A DNA stretch of 64,000 nt from Anaerovoracaceae bacterium. GTDB taxonomy: Bacteria; Bacillota; Clostridia; Peptostreptococcales; Anaerovoracaceae. The stretch is taken from contig JBJFHL010000062.1 of the NCBI GenBank assembly GCA_051893555.1, positions 34,250-98,249 of the forward strand, given 5' to 3'. The notes under the pieces were generated by a model, which was given only the letters and a program-made list of their open reading frames with translations, was not told where the DNA came from and did no database searches. Of the stretch, positions 8,949 through 19,134 are shown in pieces (positions within the stretch are counted from its first letter, which is position 1; each line of letters starts with the position of its first letter). The position numbers and the translations under genes were made by a program.

Positions 8949-11063
8949 ATGAGAAGAAATAATCTGATGATCACCATCGGCTTCATTCTGTTGCTGACTC
9001 TGCTGCACAGTGCAGGGTTTTCTTTCGCGCGTTCTGCGATTGCAGAATATGCGGAACCGGATAGAATGAAGCCGGTTTCTGTTTACGGAAAGATTACCGG
9101 AATGGAAGAAAGAGAAAACGGCGGTTATCGGATGGAGATTCTGGCAGAATCCATCGACGGAAACATGCTGAAGAAAAGGGAAAAGATCCTGGTCACCTGC
9201 CCGAAGATACAGGAAAGCCCGGGACAGCTTTTTCGGCACAAAATCCATCTGCAGGGCAACTTACGGCTTCCGGAGAAGCGGCGGAATCCCAGGTGTTTCG
9301 ATTACAGACTCTATCTGAAATCAGAGGGAATTTTTTATCAGATGACGGCAGAAAGATATGTACTGGATGATGATGCAGAGACTGTGACGGATCGGATTGC
9401 GGCATGGCTCATTGACCGTCGGTTTGCATTTCAGCAAAATCTTTCACAAGAATATCGTGGTCTGATCAGCGGCGTGCTTTTCGGCGATACCTCCGATATG
9501 GATGCGGAGATTTATGATTCGTTCCGGGCGAACGGTACAGCCCATATTTTGGCTGTCAGCGGGCTTCACCTTGGCATTTTGTACAGTCTGTATCAGAAAC
9601 TCGCCGGCAATAAGAAAAACCCGGCTGCGGTGATTTTGCTGGGAGCGGCCATATTGGCATATGGGACGGTTTCCATGTGGAGTTCGTCGGTAAAGAGAGC
9701 CGCAGTGATGATCAGTCTGCAGGTTGCTGCGCGTATTCTGGATCTGCGGTATGATATGCTGACCGGTCTGAGCACGGCTGCCATGATACTGATTTTGATG
9801 AATCCCTATGTAATCTTTGGGGCGGGGTTTCAGATGTCCTTCCTTGCGATTGCTTCCATATGCTTCTTTCGTCCGGTCCTGCCGAAGAAGCTTCCTGACA
9901 GTTTTTCCGCCATGGTTTCTGTTCAGTTTGGACTGTTCCTGTATCAGATGTATCAGTTCAACTATGTGTCTCTGACAGCACTGATCGCAAATCTGCCGGT
10001 GGTTTTTCTGGCCGGACTTCTGGTGCCTGCCGCATTGCTCTGCTTTCTCCTGTTTCTTCTGACGGGAAGCGGCGGATTCCTTATGACGGTGACGGACAGC
10101 TTATGCAATCTCCTGCTTGCGGTAAACCGGCTGTCATCTCTGGAAGGCAGGGGCGGTTTCGATGTGATCAGTCCGCCGCTGTGGCTTGTCATCAGCCTGT
10201 ATCTGCTACTGTTTTTCCTTACGTCAGAAACATGCCAGGTACTGCGGCTGCGCGGCAGGCATAAAATGATTTACCTTTTGATGTTTTTCTGCATACTGTT
10301 TGGGTTTGCCTGCGGAATGATGACAGACTCCCCTGTATCCCGGGCGGATCTGGTCTTTGTGGATGTGGGACAGGGGGATTGTATCCATATACGTGACGGA
10401 AACAGAAACATTCTGATCGACGGCGGTGGAAGCTTTACTTATAATGTTGGTAAGAATGTGCTGAAGCCGTATTTACTGAAGAATCGTGCAGCGTGTGTTG
10501 ATCTGGCTGTCGCCACCCATCTGCATACGGATCATTATCAGGGACTGTTGGAACTGTCGAAGGCCTATCGGGTGAAAAAAATAACAGCGGGACTGACGGC
10601 AGGTACCAACATCAAAATATCAGACCGGGTCAGCATTGAAACACTGTGGCCGCAGGAAATCGATCCGGAAAAAGGACAGGAAGAAAACAGCCAGTGTTCC
10701 GTGTTTATGATTCATTATGGCAGATTTCGTATTCTGGTAACGGGAGATCTGGATGCGGAAGGGGAGAAAGAGATGGTGGCGTATTATGCAAAAGCAGGCC
10801 GGCTGGATCATCTCAAGGCGGATATTCTGAAGGTTGGTCACCATGGAAGTGATACCAGTACCAGTGATGAATTTCTGGATGCAGTGCAGCCGAAAGCGGC
10901 TGTGATACAGGTTGGTGTATACAATATATATGGTCATCCAAGTGGAAAAATCATTGAAAAACTTTGCCAAAGGGGTATAATAGTGAAAAGAAATGATTAC
11001 AATGGGGGAATCGGTTTTCTTTTTTATGAAGACGGTTTTCAAATTGATATAGTCATTTCATAA
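8949..11063 (+). CDS. comEC: DNA internalization-related competence protein ComEC/Rec2
   Basis: Polytopic competence domain (GTAHILAVSGLHLG) plus a C-terminal metallo-beta-lactamase domain (VDVGQGDC, HLHTDHYQG, KVGHHGS). Confidence 0.85.
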   Translation: MRRNNLMITIGFILLLTLLHSAGFSFARSAIAEYAEPDRMKPVSVYGKITGMEERENGGYRMEILAESIDGNMLKKREKILVTCPKIQESPGQLFRHKIHLQGNLRLPEKRRNPRCFDYRLYLKSEGIFYQMTAERYVLDDDAETVTDRIAAWLIDRRFAFQQNLSQEYRGLISGVLFGDTSDMDAEIYDSFRANGTAHILAVSGLHLGILYSLYQKLAGNKKNPAAVILLGAAILAYGTVSMWSSSVKRAAVMISLQVAARILDLRYDMLTGLSTAAMILILMNPYVIFGAGFQMSFLAIASICFFRPVLPKKLPDSFSAMVSVQFGLFLYQMYQFNYVSLTALIANLPVVFLAGLLVPAALLCFLLFLLTGSGGFLMTVTDSLCNLLLAVNRLSSLEGRGGFDVISPPLWLVISLYLLLFFLTSETCQVLRLRGRHKMIYLLMFFCILFGFACGMMTDSPVSRADLVFVDVGQGDCIHIRDGNRNILIDGGGSFTYNVGKNVLKPYLLKNRAACVDLAVATHLHTDHYQGLLELSKAYRVKKITAGLTAGTNIKISDRVSIETLWPQEIDPEKGQEENSQCSVFMIHYGRFRILVTGDLDAEGEKEMVAYYAKAGRLDHLKADILKVGHHGSDTSTSDEFLDAVQPKAAVIQVGVYNIYGHPSGKIIEKLCQRGIIVKRNDYNGGIGFLFYEDGFQIDIVIS

Positions 11064-11083
11064 ATGGAGCGAGGGGCAGAAAA

Positions 11084-12133
11084 GTGTATAAAAAAGAGAA
11101 GAAGGAGCATGCCTTTAAAACCTTCAGCAGAGACATCCGGGAAAGTGAGATGCCGCCTGTTCTTTTCCTGTACGGAGAAGAAGGCTATCTGATTCAATGG
11201 GCTGTGGAGACCATTCGGAATCGTTATGTGGATCCTGCCTGTATGGCACTGGATTACGTCCGCTTTCAGGATGAAGGAGAAGATATGGTGTCCATTCTGG
11301 ACGCCTGTAATACTTTTTCCATGATGTCGCAGCGGAGGCTGGTATGGGCGGAGGAATTCCCGCCGCTGAACAGTGTCAGTACCCGGGGGTTTACTTCCGG
11401 TGATCTGGAACTGGCAGATGCTTATTTTTCCGAGCCGAATCCGGGAACCATTCTGGTGTTCACTGCGGAAGCACCTGAGCCAAAGAGTGAACTGGTGAAA
11501 CTGCTGAAAAAGAAAAGCAGGTGCTATGAATTCAGCCAGCTGGACTACAGCACCCTGAGCGGATTTATCTCCAAACGATTCACGGCAGAGGGGGTTTCTG
11601 CAGGAAGGGACACGGTGAAAGCTGTCATAGATCAGTCCGGTTATTTCAATAAGGAAACAGAATACCGACTGTTCCATCTGATCAATGATGTCCGAAAGAT
11701 TGCCGCATACTGCGGCGGGGGTACAGTGACAGAAGAGGATGTTTCACAGGTCATGAATGGAGATATGGATACTTTTATCTTCAGCCTGCTGGATGCAGTC
11801 AGCGGCAACCAGAAGGAGAAGGCATTCGGGCTTTTGCATAATATACTGCGTTCCGGCAGGGAGGTTTTCGGCATCATCGCCATGATGATCAACCAGTTTG
11901 AACTGCTTCTTATGGTTGCAGAACTGAAGGAAGAAGGAAAGAATCTGGGGCAGATTACGGAAATACTGAAATCCAGTGAATTTCGGATCCGGAAAGCCAT
12001 GGGCTATACAGAAAAGTTCTCCGTTGACCGGTTGAAACATGTGCTGAGCCAGCTTTATGAGACAGACAGGAACATTAAGACCGGCCTGCTGGAACAGAAT
12101 CTTGCCCTTGAACTTCTCATCGGGAGGATATAG
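11084..12133 (+). CDS. holA: DNA polymerase III subunit delta
   Basis: 349-aa ORF directly after comEC, which is conserved Firmicute synteny. Overall HolA-like N-terminal and C-terminal pattern. GTG start. Confidence 0.78.
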   Translation: MYKKEKKEHAFKTFSRDIRESEMPPVLFLYGEEGYLIQWAVETIRNRYVDPACMALDYVRFQDEGEDMVSILDACNTFSMMSQRRLVWAEEFPPLNSVSTRGFTSGDLELADAYFSEPNPGTILVFTAEAPEPKSELVKLLKKKSRCYEFSQLDYSTLSGFISKRFTAEGVSAGRDTVKAVIDQSGYFNKETEYRLFHLINDVRKIAAYCGGGTVTEEDVSQVMNGDMDTFIFSLLDAVSGNQKEKAFGLLHNILRSGREVFGIIAMMINQFELLLMVAELKEEGKNLGQITEILKSSEFRIRKAMGYTEKFSVDRLKHVLSQLYETDRNIKTGLLEQNLALELLIGRI

Positions 12134-12138
12134 AGGAA

Positions 12139-13038
12139 ATGAATAAACAATTAAAGGCAGATCTAATGCTGGTGCTGGTGACTCTTTGCTGGGGAATTTC
12201 CTATTATCTGATGGATCTGGCACTGACAGAAATGGATCCTTTTACGCTGAATGCACATCGATTCCTGGGTGCATTTGCGGTGGCAGGACTGCTTTCCTAT
12301 AAGAAAGTAAAGACTGTAAACCGTGCAACATTGAAATACAGTCTGCTGGTGGGAGCAGCACTTGTCTTTGTTTACATAGGTGCTACCTTCGGCGTGAAAT
12401 ATACGACACTTTCCAATTCCGGTTTTCTGTGTGCACTGACAGTGGTATTTACACCGCTGATGGCCTGGATTTTTCTACGTCAGAAACTGGACCGGAAAAT
12501 GACACTGTCCGTAGTGATCTGTTTTATCGGTATCGCACTGCTGACCCTGAAAGATGATTTTTCCATCAATCTGGGAAATCTGAAGGGTGACCTGCTGTGC
12601 ATCATGTGTGCGGTTGCTTATGCGATTGATCTGCTGCTTACAGAAAAGGCAGTCTCCCACAAGGAAGTGGATGCATATCAGCTGGGGGTGTTCCAGCTGG
12701 GTGTGACAGGCCTTTGTAATCTGATTTTAGCCATTATAGTGGAAACACCACATTTCCCTGCGACAGCCAATGTGTGGGGAGCGGTGATTTTCCTTTCTAT
12801 ATTCTGTACCGGGGTCGCATTTGTCGTGCAGCCTGTGGCACAGCAATATACCAGCGCATCCCATGTGGGTGTGATTTTCGCACTGGAGCCGGTGTTTGCC
12901 GGCATTGTGGCTTTTGCGCTGGCTGGCGAAGTTCTCAGCCCGAAATCCTATTTTGGCGCAGTGCTGATGATTGCCAGTCTTTTTATAATGGAAATTGATT
13001 TCAGCCGAATCTTTCACAGAAAGAGAAAGAAAGACTGA
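12139..13038 (+). CDS. EamA/DMT-family permease
   Basis: About 10 predicted TM helices arranged as two EamA-like halves. Confidence 0.78.
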   Translation: MNKQLKADLMLVLVTLCWGISYYLMDLALTEMDPFTLNAHRFLGAFAVAGLLSYKKVKTVNRATLKYSLLVGAALVFVYIGATFGVKYTTLSNSGFLCALTVVFTPLMAWIFLRQKLDRKMTLSVVICFIGIALLTLKDDFSINLGNLKGDLLCIMCAVAYAIDLLLTEKAVSHKEVDAYQLGVFQLGVTGLCNLILAIIVETPHFPATANVWGAVIFLSIFCTGVAFVVQPVAQQYTSASHVGVIFALEPVFAGIVAFALAGEVLSPKSYFGAVLMIASLFIMEIDFSRIFHRKRKKD

Positions 13039-13105
13039 AATCAATGGTATGAGGGAGTAGGATAAGTGGAAAAGCTGGAAGTATTTGCTGACAAGGAGGA
13101 ACGAC

Positions 13106-14956
13106 GTGAACAGACTTTTTATCAAATCAGAAGATGCGATTCAGAAGACGGTGGAAGGCCTGAATAAGGACCTGGAACGCCGTATCATCGCAAGTCCGCC
13201 GGGACAGTGTCCGGTGGACCTGACTGCATCTTTTCTGAGGCTGTGTCATTCTCAGAGCTGCGGCAAGTGTGCACCATGCCGGGTAGGGCTGGGCCAGCTG
13301 CAGATCATGATTGACGGGATCCTGAACATGGATTCCGAATCCTCGATGGAGGATCTGACACTGCTGGAAAAGACAGCAGAAGCAATCAGCGCGACGGCTG
13401 ATTGCGCCATCGGCGCGGAAGCTGCGCAGATGGTGCTGCGGGGAATCCGCGGCTACCGTGAGGACTTCGAGTCCCATATTAAAAATCATTGCTGTACCGA
13501 CAGTCTGAATGACAGGACAGAGCCGGTACCTTGCGTGGCCATGTGCCCTGCAGGTGTGGATGTTCCGGGTTATGTTGCGCTGGTGAGAGCCGGACGGTAC
13601 GACGACGCGGTAAAACTCATTCGAAAGGATAATCCGTTTCCTACGGTTTGTGCACTCATCTGCGAGCATCCGTGCGAGCTGCGCTGCAGAAGAACTCTGA
13701 TCGATGCACCGATCAATATTCGTGGTTTGAAGCGGTTTGCTGTAGATCACTGCGGTGATGTGCCGGTACCGAAAAAAATGGATAAAACAGGGAAGAAGAT
13801 TGCAGTCATCGGCGGAGGACCGAGCGGACTGTCAGCAGCATACTTCCTTTCCATCATGGGTCACGATGTAACCATATTTGAAAAACGTGACAAGCTGGGC
13901 GGCATGCTCCGCTATGGTATTCCAAGCTATCGACTGCCGAGAGAACGGCTCCAGTGGGATATCGATGCCATTCTGTCAACAGGTATCGAGGTGAAGAGAA
14001 ATTACGATGTTTCCACGCCGGAAGCGATTGCTGAGATCCGTGATAACTATGATGCTACATATATTTCCATCGGATCGCATAATGCCAAGGATATCGGTAT
14101 ACCTGGAGAATATGCCAAGGGTGTGATCCCTGCGGTTGAAATGCTTCGGGGAATCGGTGATGATGCTATGCCTGATTTCAATGGAAAAGCAGTTATCGTC
14201 ATTGGCGGAGGCAATGTGGCCATGGATGTGGCACGTACAGCCAAACGTCTCGGAGCCAGCGATGTGAGCATCGTCTACAGAAGAAGAAGAATTGATATGA
14301 CGGCACTGCCGGATGAAGTGGATGGGGCAGTGGCAGAGGGCTGTAATCTGCTGCAGCTCATGGCACCGTCATGGATTGAAACCAATAAAAAAGGCGAAGT
14401 GCAGGCACTTTGGGTAAAACCGCAGATCGCGGGAAAAGCAGACCGGTCCGGACGTCCGAAACCGGTAGATGCGTCCAGTGAGGAGCAGAAGCTGCGGTGT
14501 GATATCATTATTTCTGCCATCGGTCAGGCGACGGATATCCAGTTCTTTGAGGAATACGGAATCCCTGTGTTCCGCGGAAATATTCAGGCAGGCAGAAGCA
14601 GTGTGGTTGACAACGTAAAGGGAACCTATGCCGGCGGAGACTGCGTGACTGGTCCTTCAACCGTGATCAAGGCCATCGGTGCAGGCAAGGTTGCGGCTGC
14701 CAACATTGATGAATATCTGGGCTTCCACCACGTCATCGATACAGACGTGGAAATCCCGCTTCCGGATCCTTCCGACAATCTGCCTTGCGGCCGTGCTGAA
14801 CTGAAGGAGCGCTACGCAAAGCACAGAGGAAACGACTTTGAAGAAGTAGAGCAGGGTATGACACTGGAGGAGGCACTGCAGGAGGCTTCCCGCTGTCTCC
14901 GCTGTGATTATCATGGCTTCGGCTCATTCAGAGGAGGGAGGAATACAGAATGGTAA
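13106..14956 (+). CDS. Fe-S flavoprotein: NuoF C-terminal 4Fe-4S module fused to a GltD-like NAD(P)H oxidoreductase (hydrogenase partner)
   Basis: SCGKCAPCRVG (NuoF-type cluster motif). CPAGVDVPGY and CEHPCELRC (GltD N-terminal clusters). GGGPSGLSAAYFL and GGGNVAMD dinucleotide folds. GTG start at 13106 sits 5 nt after AAGGAGGA. The 3' end overlaps hydA. Confidence 0.8.
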   Translation: MNRLFIKSEDAIQKTVEGLNKDLERRIIASPPGQCPVDLTASFLRLCHSQSCGKCAPCRVGLGQLQIMIDGILNMDSESSMEDLTLLEKTAEAISATADCAIGAEAAQMVLRGIRGYREDFESHIKNHCCTDSLNDRTEPVPCVAMCPAGVDVPGYVALVRAGRYDDAVKLIRKDNPFPTVCALICEHPCELRCRRTLIDAPINIRGLKRFAVDHCGDVPVPKKMDKTGKKIAVIGGGPSGLSAAYFLSIMGHDVTIFEKRDKLGGMLRYGIPSYRLPRERLQWDIDAILSTGIEVKRNYDVSTPEAIAEIRDNYDATYISIGSHNAKDIGIPGEYAKGVIPAVEMLRGIGDDAMPDFNGKAVIVIGGGNVAMDVARTAKRLGASDVSIVYRRRRIDMTALPDEVDGAVAEGCNLLQLMAPSWIETNKKGEVQALWVKPQIAGKADRSGRPKPVDASSEEQKLRCDIIISAIGQATDIQFFEEYGIPVFRGNIQAGRSSVVDNVKGTYAGGDCVTGPSTVIKAIGAGKVAAANIDEYLGFHHVIDTDVEIPLPDPSDNLPCGRAELKERYAKHRGNDFEEVEQGMTLEEALQEASRCLRCDYHGFGSFRGGRNTEW

Positions 14957-16692
14957 ACCTGAAAATCAACGGACAGAAACTCAGTGTAGCAGAAGGTACC
15001 ACCATTATGGAAGCAGCCCGTCAGGTGGGTGTGGAAATTCCTCATCTTTGCTATCTGAAAGAAATCAATGAAATCGGTGCCTGCCGTGTCTGTATTGTGG
15101 AACTGGCAGGGCATAATAAAATGGTAACTGCATGCAATACGGTGTGTCAGGAGGGCATGGAGGTACTCACCAACAGTCCTCGCGTCAGAAGAAACCGTAA
15201 GATCAATGTGGAGCTGATCCTTTCCGACCATCAGTCCAATTGTACCAGCTGCATCCGCAGCGGAAACTGCACGCTGCAGGATATTGCAAATAACCTGGGT
15301 GTTTTCAGCAGTGAATATGAGAATATTGCTGATGTGTTCCGCTGGGACAATAAACTTCCTCTCATCAAAGATGCAACCAAATGCGTGAAGTGCATGCGCT
15401 GCATTCAGATCTGTGATAAGGTGCAGACCATGAATGTGTGGGATCTGCGAAGTTCCGGATACAGAACGGTTGTAGGTACAACGAAAAACAGAGAGTTTAA
15501 TGAATCTGACTGTACGCTTTGCGGACAGTGTATTACCCATTGCCCGGTGGGTGCCCTGACAGAAAGAGATGACAGAGGAATCCTGAATGATGCACTGGCA
15601 AATCCGGATGTGATTACAGTGGCTCAGATTGCACCGGCTGTTCGTACTGCATGGGGACAAGATATTGGTTTGAACGATGTACAGGCGACCACCGGGAAAT
15701 TGGTTCACGCACTGAAGATGATTGGCGTTGACTATGTATTCGATACCAATTACAGTGCAGACCTTACCATCATGGAAGAAGGAAGCGAATTCCTGGAACG
15801 TCTGTCGCACCGTGAAGATTACCAGTGGCCGATGTTTACTTCCTGCTGTCCCGGCTGGCTGCGGTTTATCAAAACCCAGTACCCGGAACTGATTCCGAAT
15901 CTGTCTACAGCCAAGTCACCGCAGCAGATGTTTGGTGCTATGGCCAAGACCTATATCGCAGAAAATCTGGGCTTGGACCCGAAGAACGTATTCTCTATTT
16001 CGGTCATGCCTTGCGTCAGCAAAAAGTATGAACGCAGCGTAGAGGCTGTAAACAGCAGTGGCTGCGGCAGCGATGTGGATCTGGTTCTGACAACAAGAGA
16101 ACTGGATCGCTTTATCCGCGCAGATGCAATTGCCGCACAAAATCTCCGGGAAGCGCCATTTGATGATATTTTCGGTGAAGGTTCCGGCGCTGCCGTCATT
16201 TTCGGAACGACAGGCGGCGTTATGGAAGCGGCGCTTCGCAGTGCCTATTTCCTGGTAACAGGAGAAAACCCTCAGCCGGATGCATTTTCTGAAGTGCGTG
16301 GCATCAAAGGATGGAAAGAAGCAACTTTTGATCTGGCGGGAACGAAACTGCGTGTGGCTGTCGTCAGCGGTCTGGGAAATACCCGCAGACTGATTGAGGC
16401 CGTAAAACGCGGAGAAGTGGAATATGACTTCGTAGAAGTTATGGCATGCCCGGGTGGCTGCGTCGGAGGCGGCGGACAGCCGTTCCGAGAAGGAATCGAA
16501 GCTGCTGAAGCGCGAGGAAAGAAGTTGTATGGTCTGGATGTAAACAATCCGATTCGATTCTCTCATGAAAACACAGCAGTACAGAGAACCTATCAGGAAT
16601 TTTTGGGTGAGCCGTTATCACATAAGGCGCATGAGTTGCTTCATACCGATCTGACGAAATGGGATTTGAAGATGTCAGATATCAGTAAATAG
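14950..16692 (+). CDS. hydA: [FeFe] hydrogenase catalytic subunit (M3-type HydA)
   Basis: N-terminal 2Fe-2S domain and two ferredoxin-like CxxCxxCxxxCP motifs. H-cluster signatures TSCCPGW, MPCVSKKYE and EVMACPGGCVGGGGQP. Confidence 0.92.
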   Translation: MVNLKINGQKLSVAEGTTIMEAARQVGVEIPHLCYLKEINEIGACRVCIVELAGHNKMVTACNTVCQEGMEVLTNSPRVRRNRKINVELILSDHQSNCTSCIRSGNCTLQDIANNLGVFSSEYENIADVFRWDNKLPLIKDATKCVKCMRCIQICDKVQTMNVWDLRSSGYRTVVGTTKNREFNESDCTLCGQCITHCPVGALTERDDRGILNDALANPDVITVAQIAPAVRTAWGQDIGLNDVQATTGKLVHALKMIGVDYVFDTNYSADLTIMEEGSEFLERLSHREDYQWPMFTSCCPGWLRFIKTQYPELIPNLSTAKSPQQMFGAMAKTYIAENLGLDPKNVFSISVMPCVSKKYERSVEAVNSSGCGSDVDLVLTTRELDRFIRADAIAAQNLREAPFDDIFGEGSGAAVIFGTTGGVMEAALRSAYFLVTGENPQPDAFSEVRGIKGWKEATFDLAGTKLRVAVVSGLGNTRRLIEAVKRGEVEYDFVEVMACPGGCVGGGGQPFREGIEAAEARGKKLYGLDVNNPIRFSHENTAVQRTYQEFLGEPLSHKAHELLHTDLTKWDLKMSDISK

Positions 16693-16741
16693 AAATATCT
16701 TGTCATCTTCGTCGATGCAAAGTATTATAGTGAATTAAAAT

Positions 16742-16790
16742 AACCCCGAGGGATCCTTTTCATAGGAAAAAGAATCCTTCGGGGTTTATT
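16742..16790. terminator. bidirectional terminator between hydA and recN
   Basis: Long hairpin aaccccgagggatcc...ggatccttcggggtt followed by a T-rich tract, between convergent genes. Confidence 0.65.
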
Positions 16791-16810
16791 TCTGCATCCG
16801 ATCACGCAGT

Positions 16811-18433
16811 TTACAGGCAGCTTCCGGCGATAAGCTCGCGGGCACTTTCCAGTGTAGTTTCGGTGATGGTGGCACCGCCGAGCAGGCGGGCAATTTCACG
16901 GACCGTTTCCTCCGTATTCAGTGATTCCACGCAGGTGTAGGTGCTGGTCGCATCGGACTCTTTCTGAATCCTGTAATTGTGATCTCCGCAGGCCGCGATC
17001 TGGGGCAGATGGGTGATGCACAGAATCTGTCTGGATCTTGAGATTTCTTTCAGCTTACGGCCGACAATACTTGCAGTAATTCCGCTGATTCCTGTATCAA
17101 TCTCATCGAAAATCAGTGTCGGAATTTGATCGTAAGAACTGATCACATTTTTGAATGCCAGCATGATACGGGACATTTCACCGCCGGATGCAACGCGGGT
17201 CAGCGGTTTTAGCGGTTCGCCCCGGTTGGTGGTAATCAGGATTTCAACTTGATCCATGCCGTTTTCTGTTGGTTTTTCCAGCGGAAGAATGCGAATCTCC
17301 AATTGTGCGTCGGAAAAATTCAGATCTACAAGTTCATTCTGAATGCAGGCGGAAAGCTGTGCAGCGGATTCTTTCCTCGCTTCTGTCAGAATGGAACAAG
17401 CATGGCGAAGCGTTGCTGCAGTTGTTTTCAGTTCCTGTTCCAGAGAGGCCCTGTTGGTCTCGAAGTTTTCAATTACATTTATCTGGGCAGAAATGGAATC
17501 ATAGTATTGAAGAACTTCTTCGATGGAGTCTCCATATTTCTTTTTCATGCTGTTTATCAGTTCCAGACGGCTGATGGCATCGTCCAGTTCTTCAGGATTG
17601 AAAGTGAGCCGGTCTTTTATATCTCTCAGGCTGCGGCAGATATCTTCCAGACGGTAATATACATCGCTGAATTCCTGACTGACTGCACCGATATCCGAAG
17701 AAAAGGATGCGATTTCCTCCACAGAGTGCATGGCTCCGCGCAGGCCATCCATGACAGAGGGCGAAGCATCATAGAGAACGCCGTAGGATTTCTCTATATT
17801 TTCAAAAATCTTTTCACTGTTTTGCAGGAGTGAGATCCGTTCTTCCAGTTCCTGATCCTCACCGGGTCGAAGGGTAGCCTTTTCGATTTCATCTGCTTCG
17901 AAACGGAGAAAATCCAGTTTGCGCCGGTTTTCTTTTTCTGCGGTGAGCAGACTGCCAAGCTGTGATCTTATCTGTGAATATTTGTAATATGACTGCTGCA
18001 CGGTTTCTTTCAGTCCATCGATAACATCATGACGGAAAGCATCTACCAGAACAATGTGATAGTCCGGATTGAGAAGTGACTGGTTATCGTATTGTCCGTG
18101 AATGTCCGCCAGTCTGCGTGCGATCTGGTTCAGTCGGTTCAGCGTCACGATCTCGTCATTGCAGCGGCAAAGATTTTTGCCGGCGGCGGAGATCTCTCTG
18201 GTTAGAAGAATCTCTTCGCCATCCAGCTCTCCGGAAAGCTGAATCACAGCTTTGTCTGTTCCGGTCCTTACATACGAAGAATCAGCCCGACTGCCGAGAG
18301 CCAGACTGATTGCTTCAATTACGATAGATTTCCCGGAACCGGTTTCACCGGTGATGATATTCAGCCCTTCCGCAAAGTCGATTTCCGTATGTTCAATGAT
18401 TGCAAAGTTTTTAATGCTGATATGATGTATCAT
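16811..18433 (-). CDS. recN: DNA repair protein RecN
   Basis: Walker A GETGSGKS, long coiled-coil middle, signature SGGEMSRIMLA. Confidence 0.92.
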   Translation of the reverse strand: MIHHISIKNFAIIEHTEIDFAEGLNIITGETGSGKSIVIEAISLALGSRADSSYVRTGTDKAVIQLSGELDGEEILLTREISAAGKNLCRCNDEIVTLNRLNQIARRLADIHGQYDNQSLLNPDYHIVLVDAFRHDVIDGLKETVQQSYYKYSQIRSQLGSLLTAEKENRRKLDFLRFEADEIEKATLRPGEDQELEERISLLQNSEKIFENIEKSYGVLYDASPSVMDGLRGAMHSVEEIASFSSDIGAVSQEFSDVYYRLEDICRSLRDIKDRLTFNPEELDDAISRLELINSMKKKYGDSIEEVLQYYDSISAQINVIENFETNRASLEQELKTTAATLRHACSILTEARKESAAQLSACIQNELVDLNFSDAQLEIRILPLEKPTENGMDQVEILITTNRGEPLKPLTRVASGGEMSRIMLAFKNVISSYDQIPTLIFDEIDTGISGITASIVGRKLKEISRSRQILCITHLPQIAACGDHNYRIQKESDATSTYTCVESLNTEETVREIARLLGGATITETTLESARELIAGSCL

Positions 18434-18436
18434 GCT

Positions 18437-18898
18437 TTATTTTCCTCTCATCTGGAGCATGTCCTGAAATTCCTGCATGATTTCCGGTATAGCTTCTGTG
18501 GAATCTGCGATCAGAAGCAGGGTGTTGTCACCGGCAATGGAGCCGATGATGTGTGGAAGTCCGCTGTTGTCAATGGCTTCACCTGCAGCTGCTGCGCAGC
18601 CAGAGAGGGTCTTGACCACAATCAGATTTCCGGAGGCTGCAAAGGAAGTGATGGTTTCTCTGAAAATTTTTACAAAACGATCTGAAACCGGCATATCCTT
18701 CGATTTGTTCAGAGCATACTTGTACTTTCCGCTGCTGGAAAGAGTCTTCACCAGCTGCAGATCCTTGATATCCCTGGAAATGGTTGCCTGTGTTACTTCG
18801 AATCCGTTTTCACGAAGCATGGAAGCAAGCTTTTCCTGGGTATCAATTTCATACGAATTAATCAGTTCGATGATCTTGTTCTGCCTGGAATATCGCAT
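18437..18898 (-). CDS. argR: arginine repressor
   Basis: Winged-helix N-terminus (QEKLASMLRENGFEVTQATISRDIKDL) and C-terminal GSIAGDNT motif. ATG at 18898 sits 6 nt after AGGAGG. The longer ORF to 18916 was rejected. Confidence 0.9.
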   Translation of the reverse strand: MRYSRQNKIIELINSYEIDTQEKLASMLRENGFEVTQATISRDIKDLQLVKTLSSSGKYKYALNKSKDMPVSDRFVKIFRETITSFAASGNLIVVKTLSGCAAAAGEAIDNSGLPHIIGSIAGDNTLLLIADSTEAIPEIMQEFQDMLQMRGK

Positions 18899-19134
18899 AT
18901 TATTCCTCCTTATCATACAATCATACTTAGGTGCATTTTATCATAACATGGGCTGATTTTCAAGTAGAACAGAGAATTTTTTCCAAGTGTCGTCTGAAAT
19001 AGAGAATGCATAATTCTATCTGTTTTATAGTATAAATACATATAGACAAACAGATGTTCTCATGATATAATAAAAAAGATAAATATGTCGGACTGCCATT
19101 GAGACTGATCCGACAGAAAAAACTGAGGTAAAGC

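Noticed and set aside
14911-15810. 299-aa ORF antisense to hydA. Similar long antisense ORFs occur at 11039-11677, 3371-4150, 1351-2061 and 4484-5182.
   Set aside because: All are embedded opposite confidently assigned genes and lack motifs or ribosome-binding sites.
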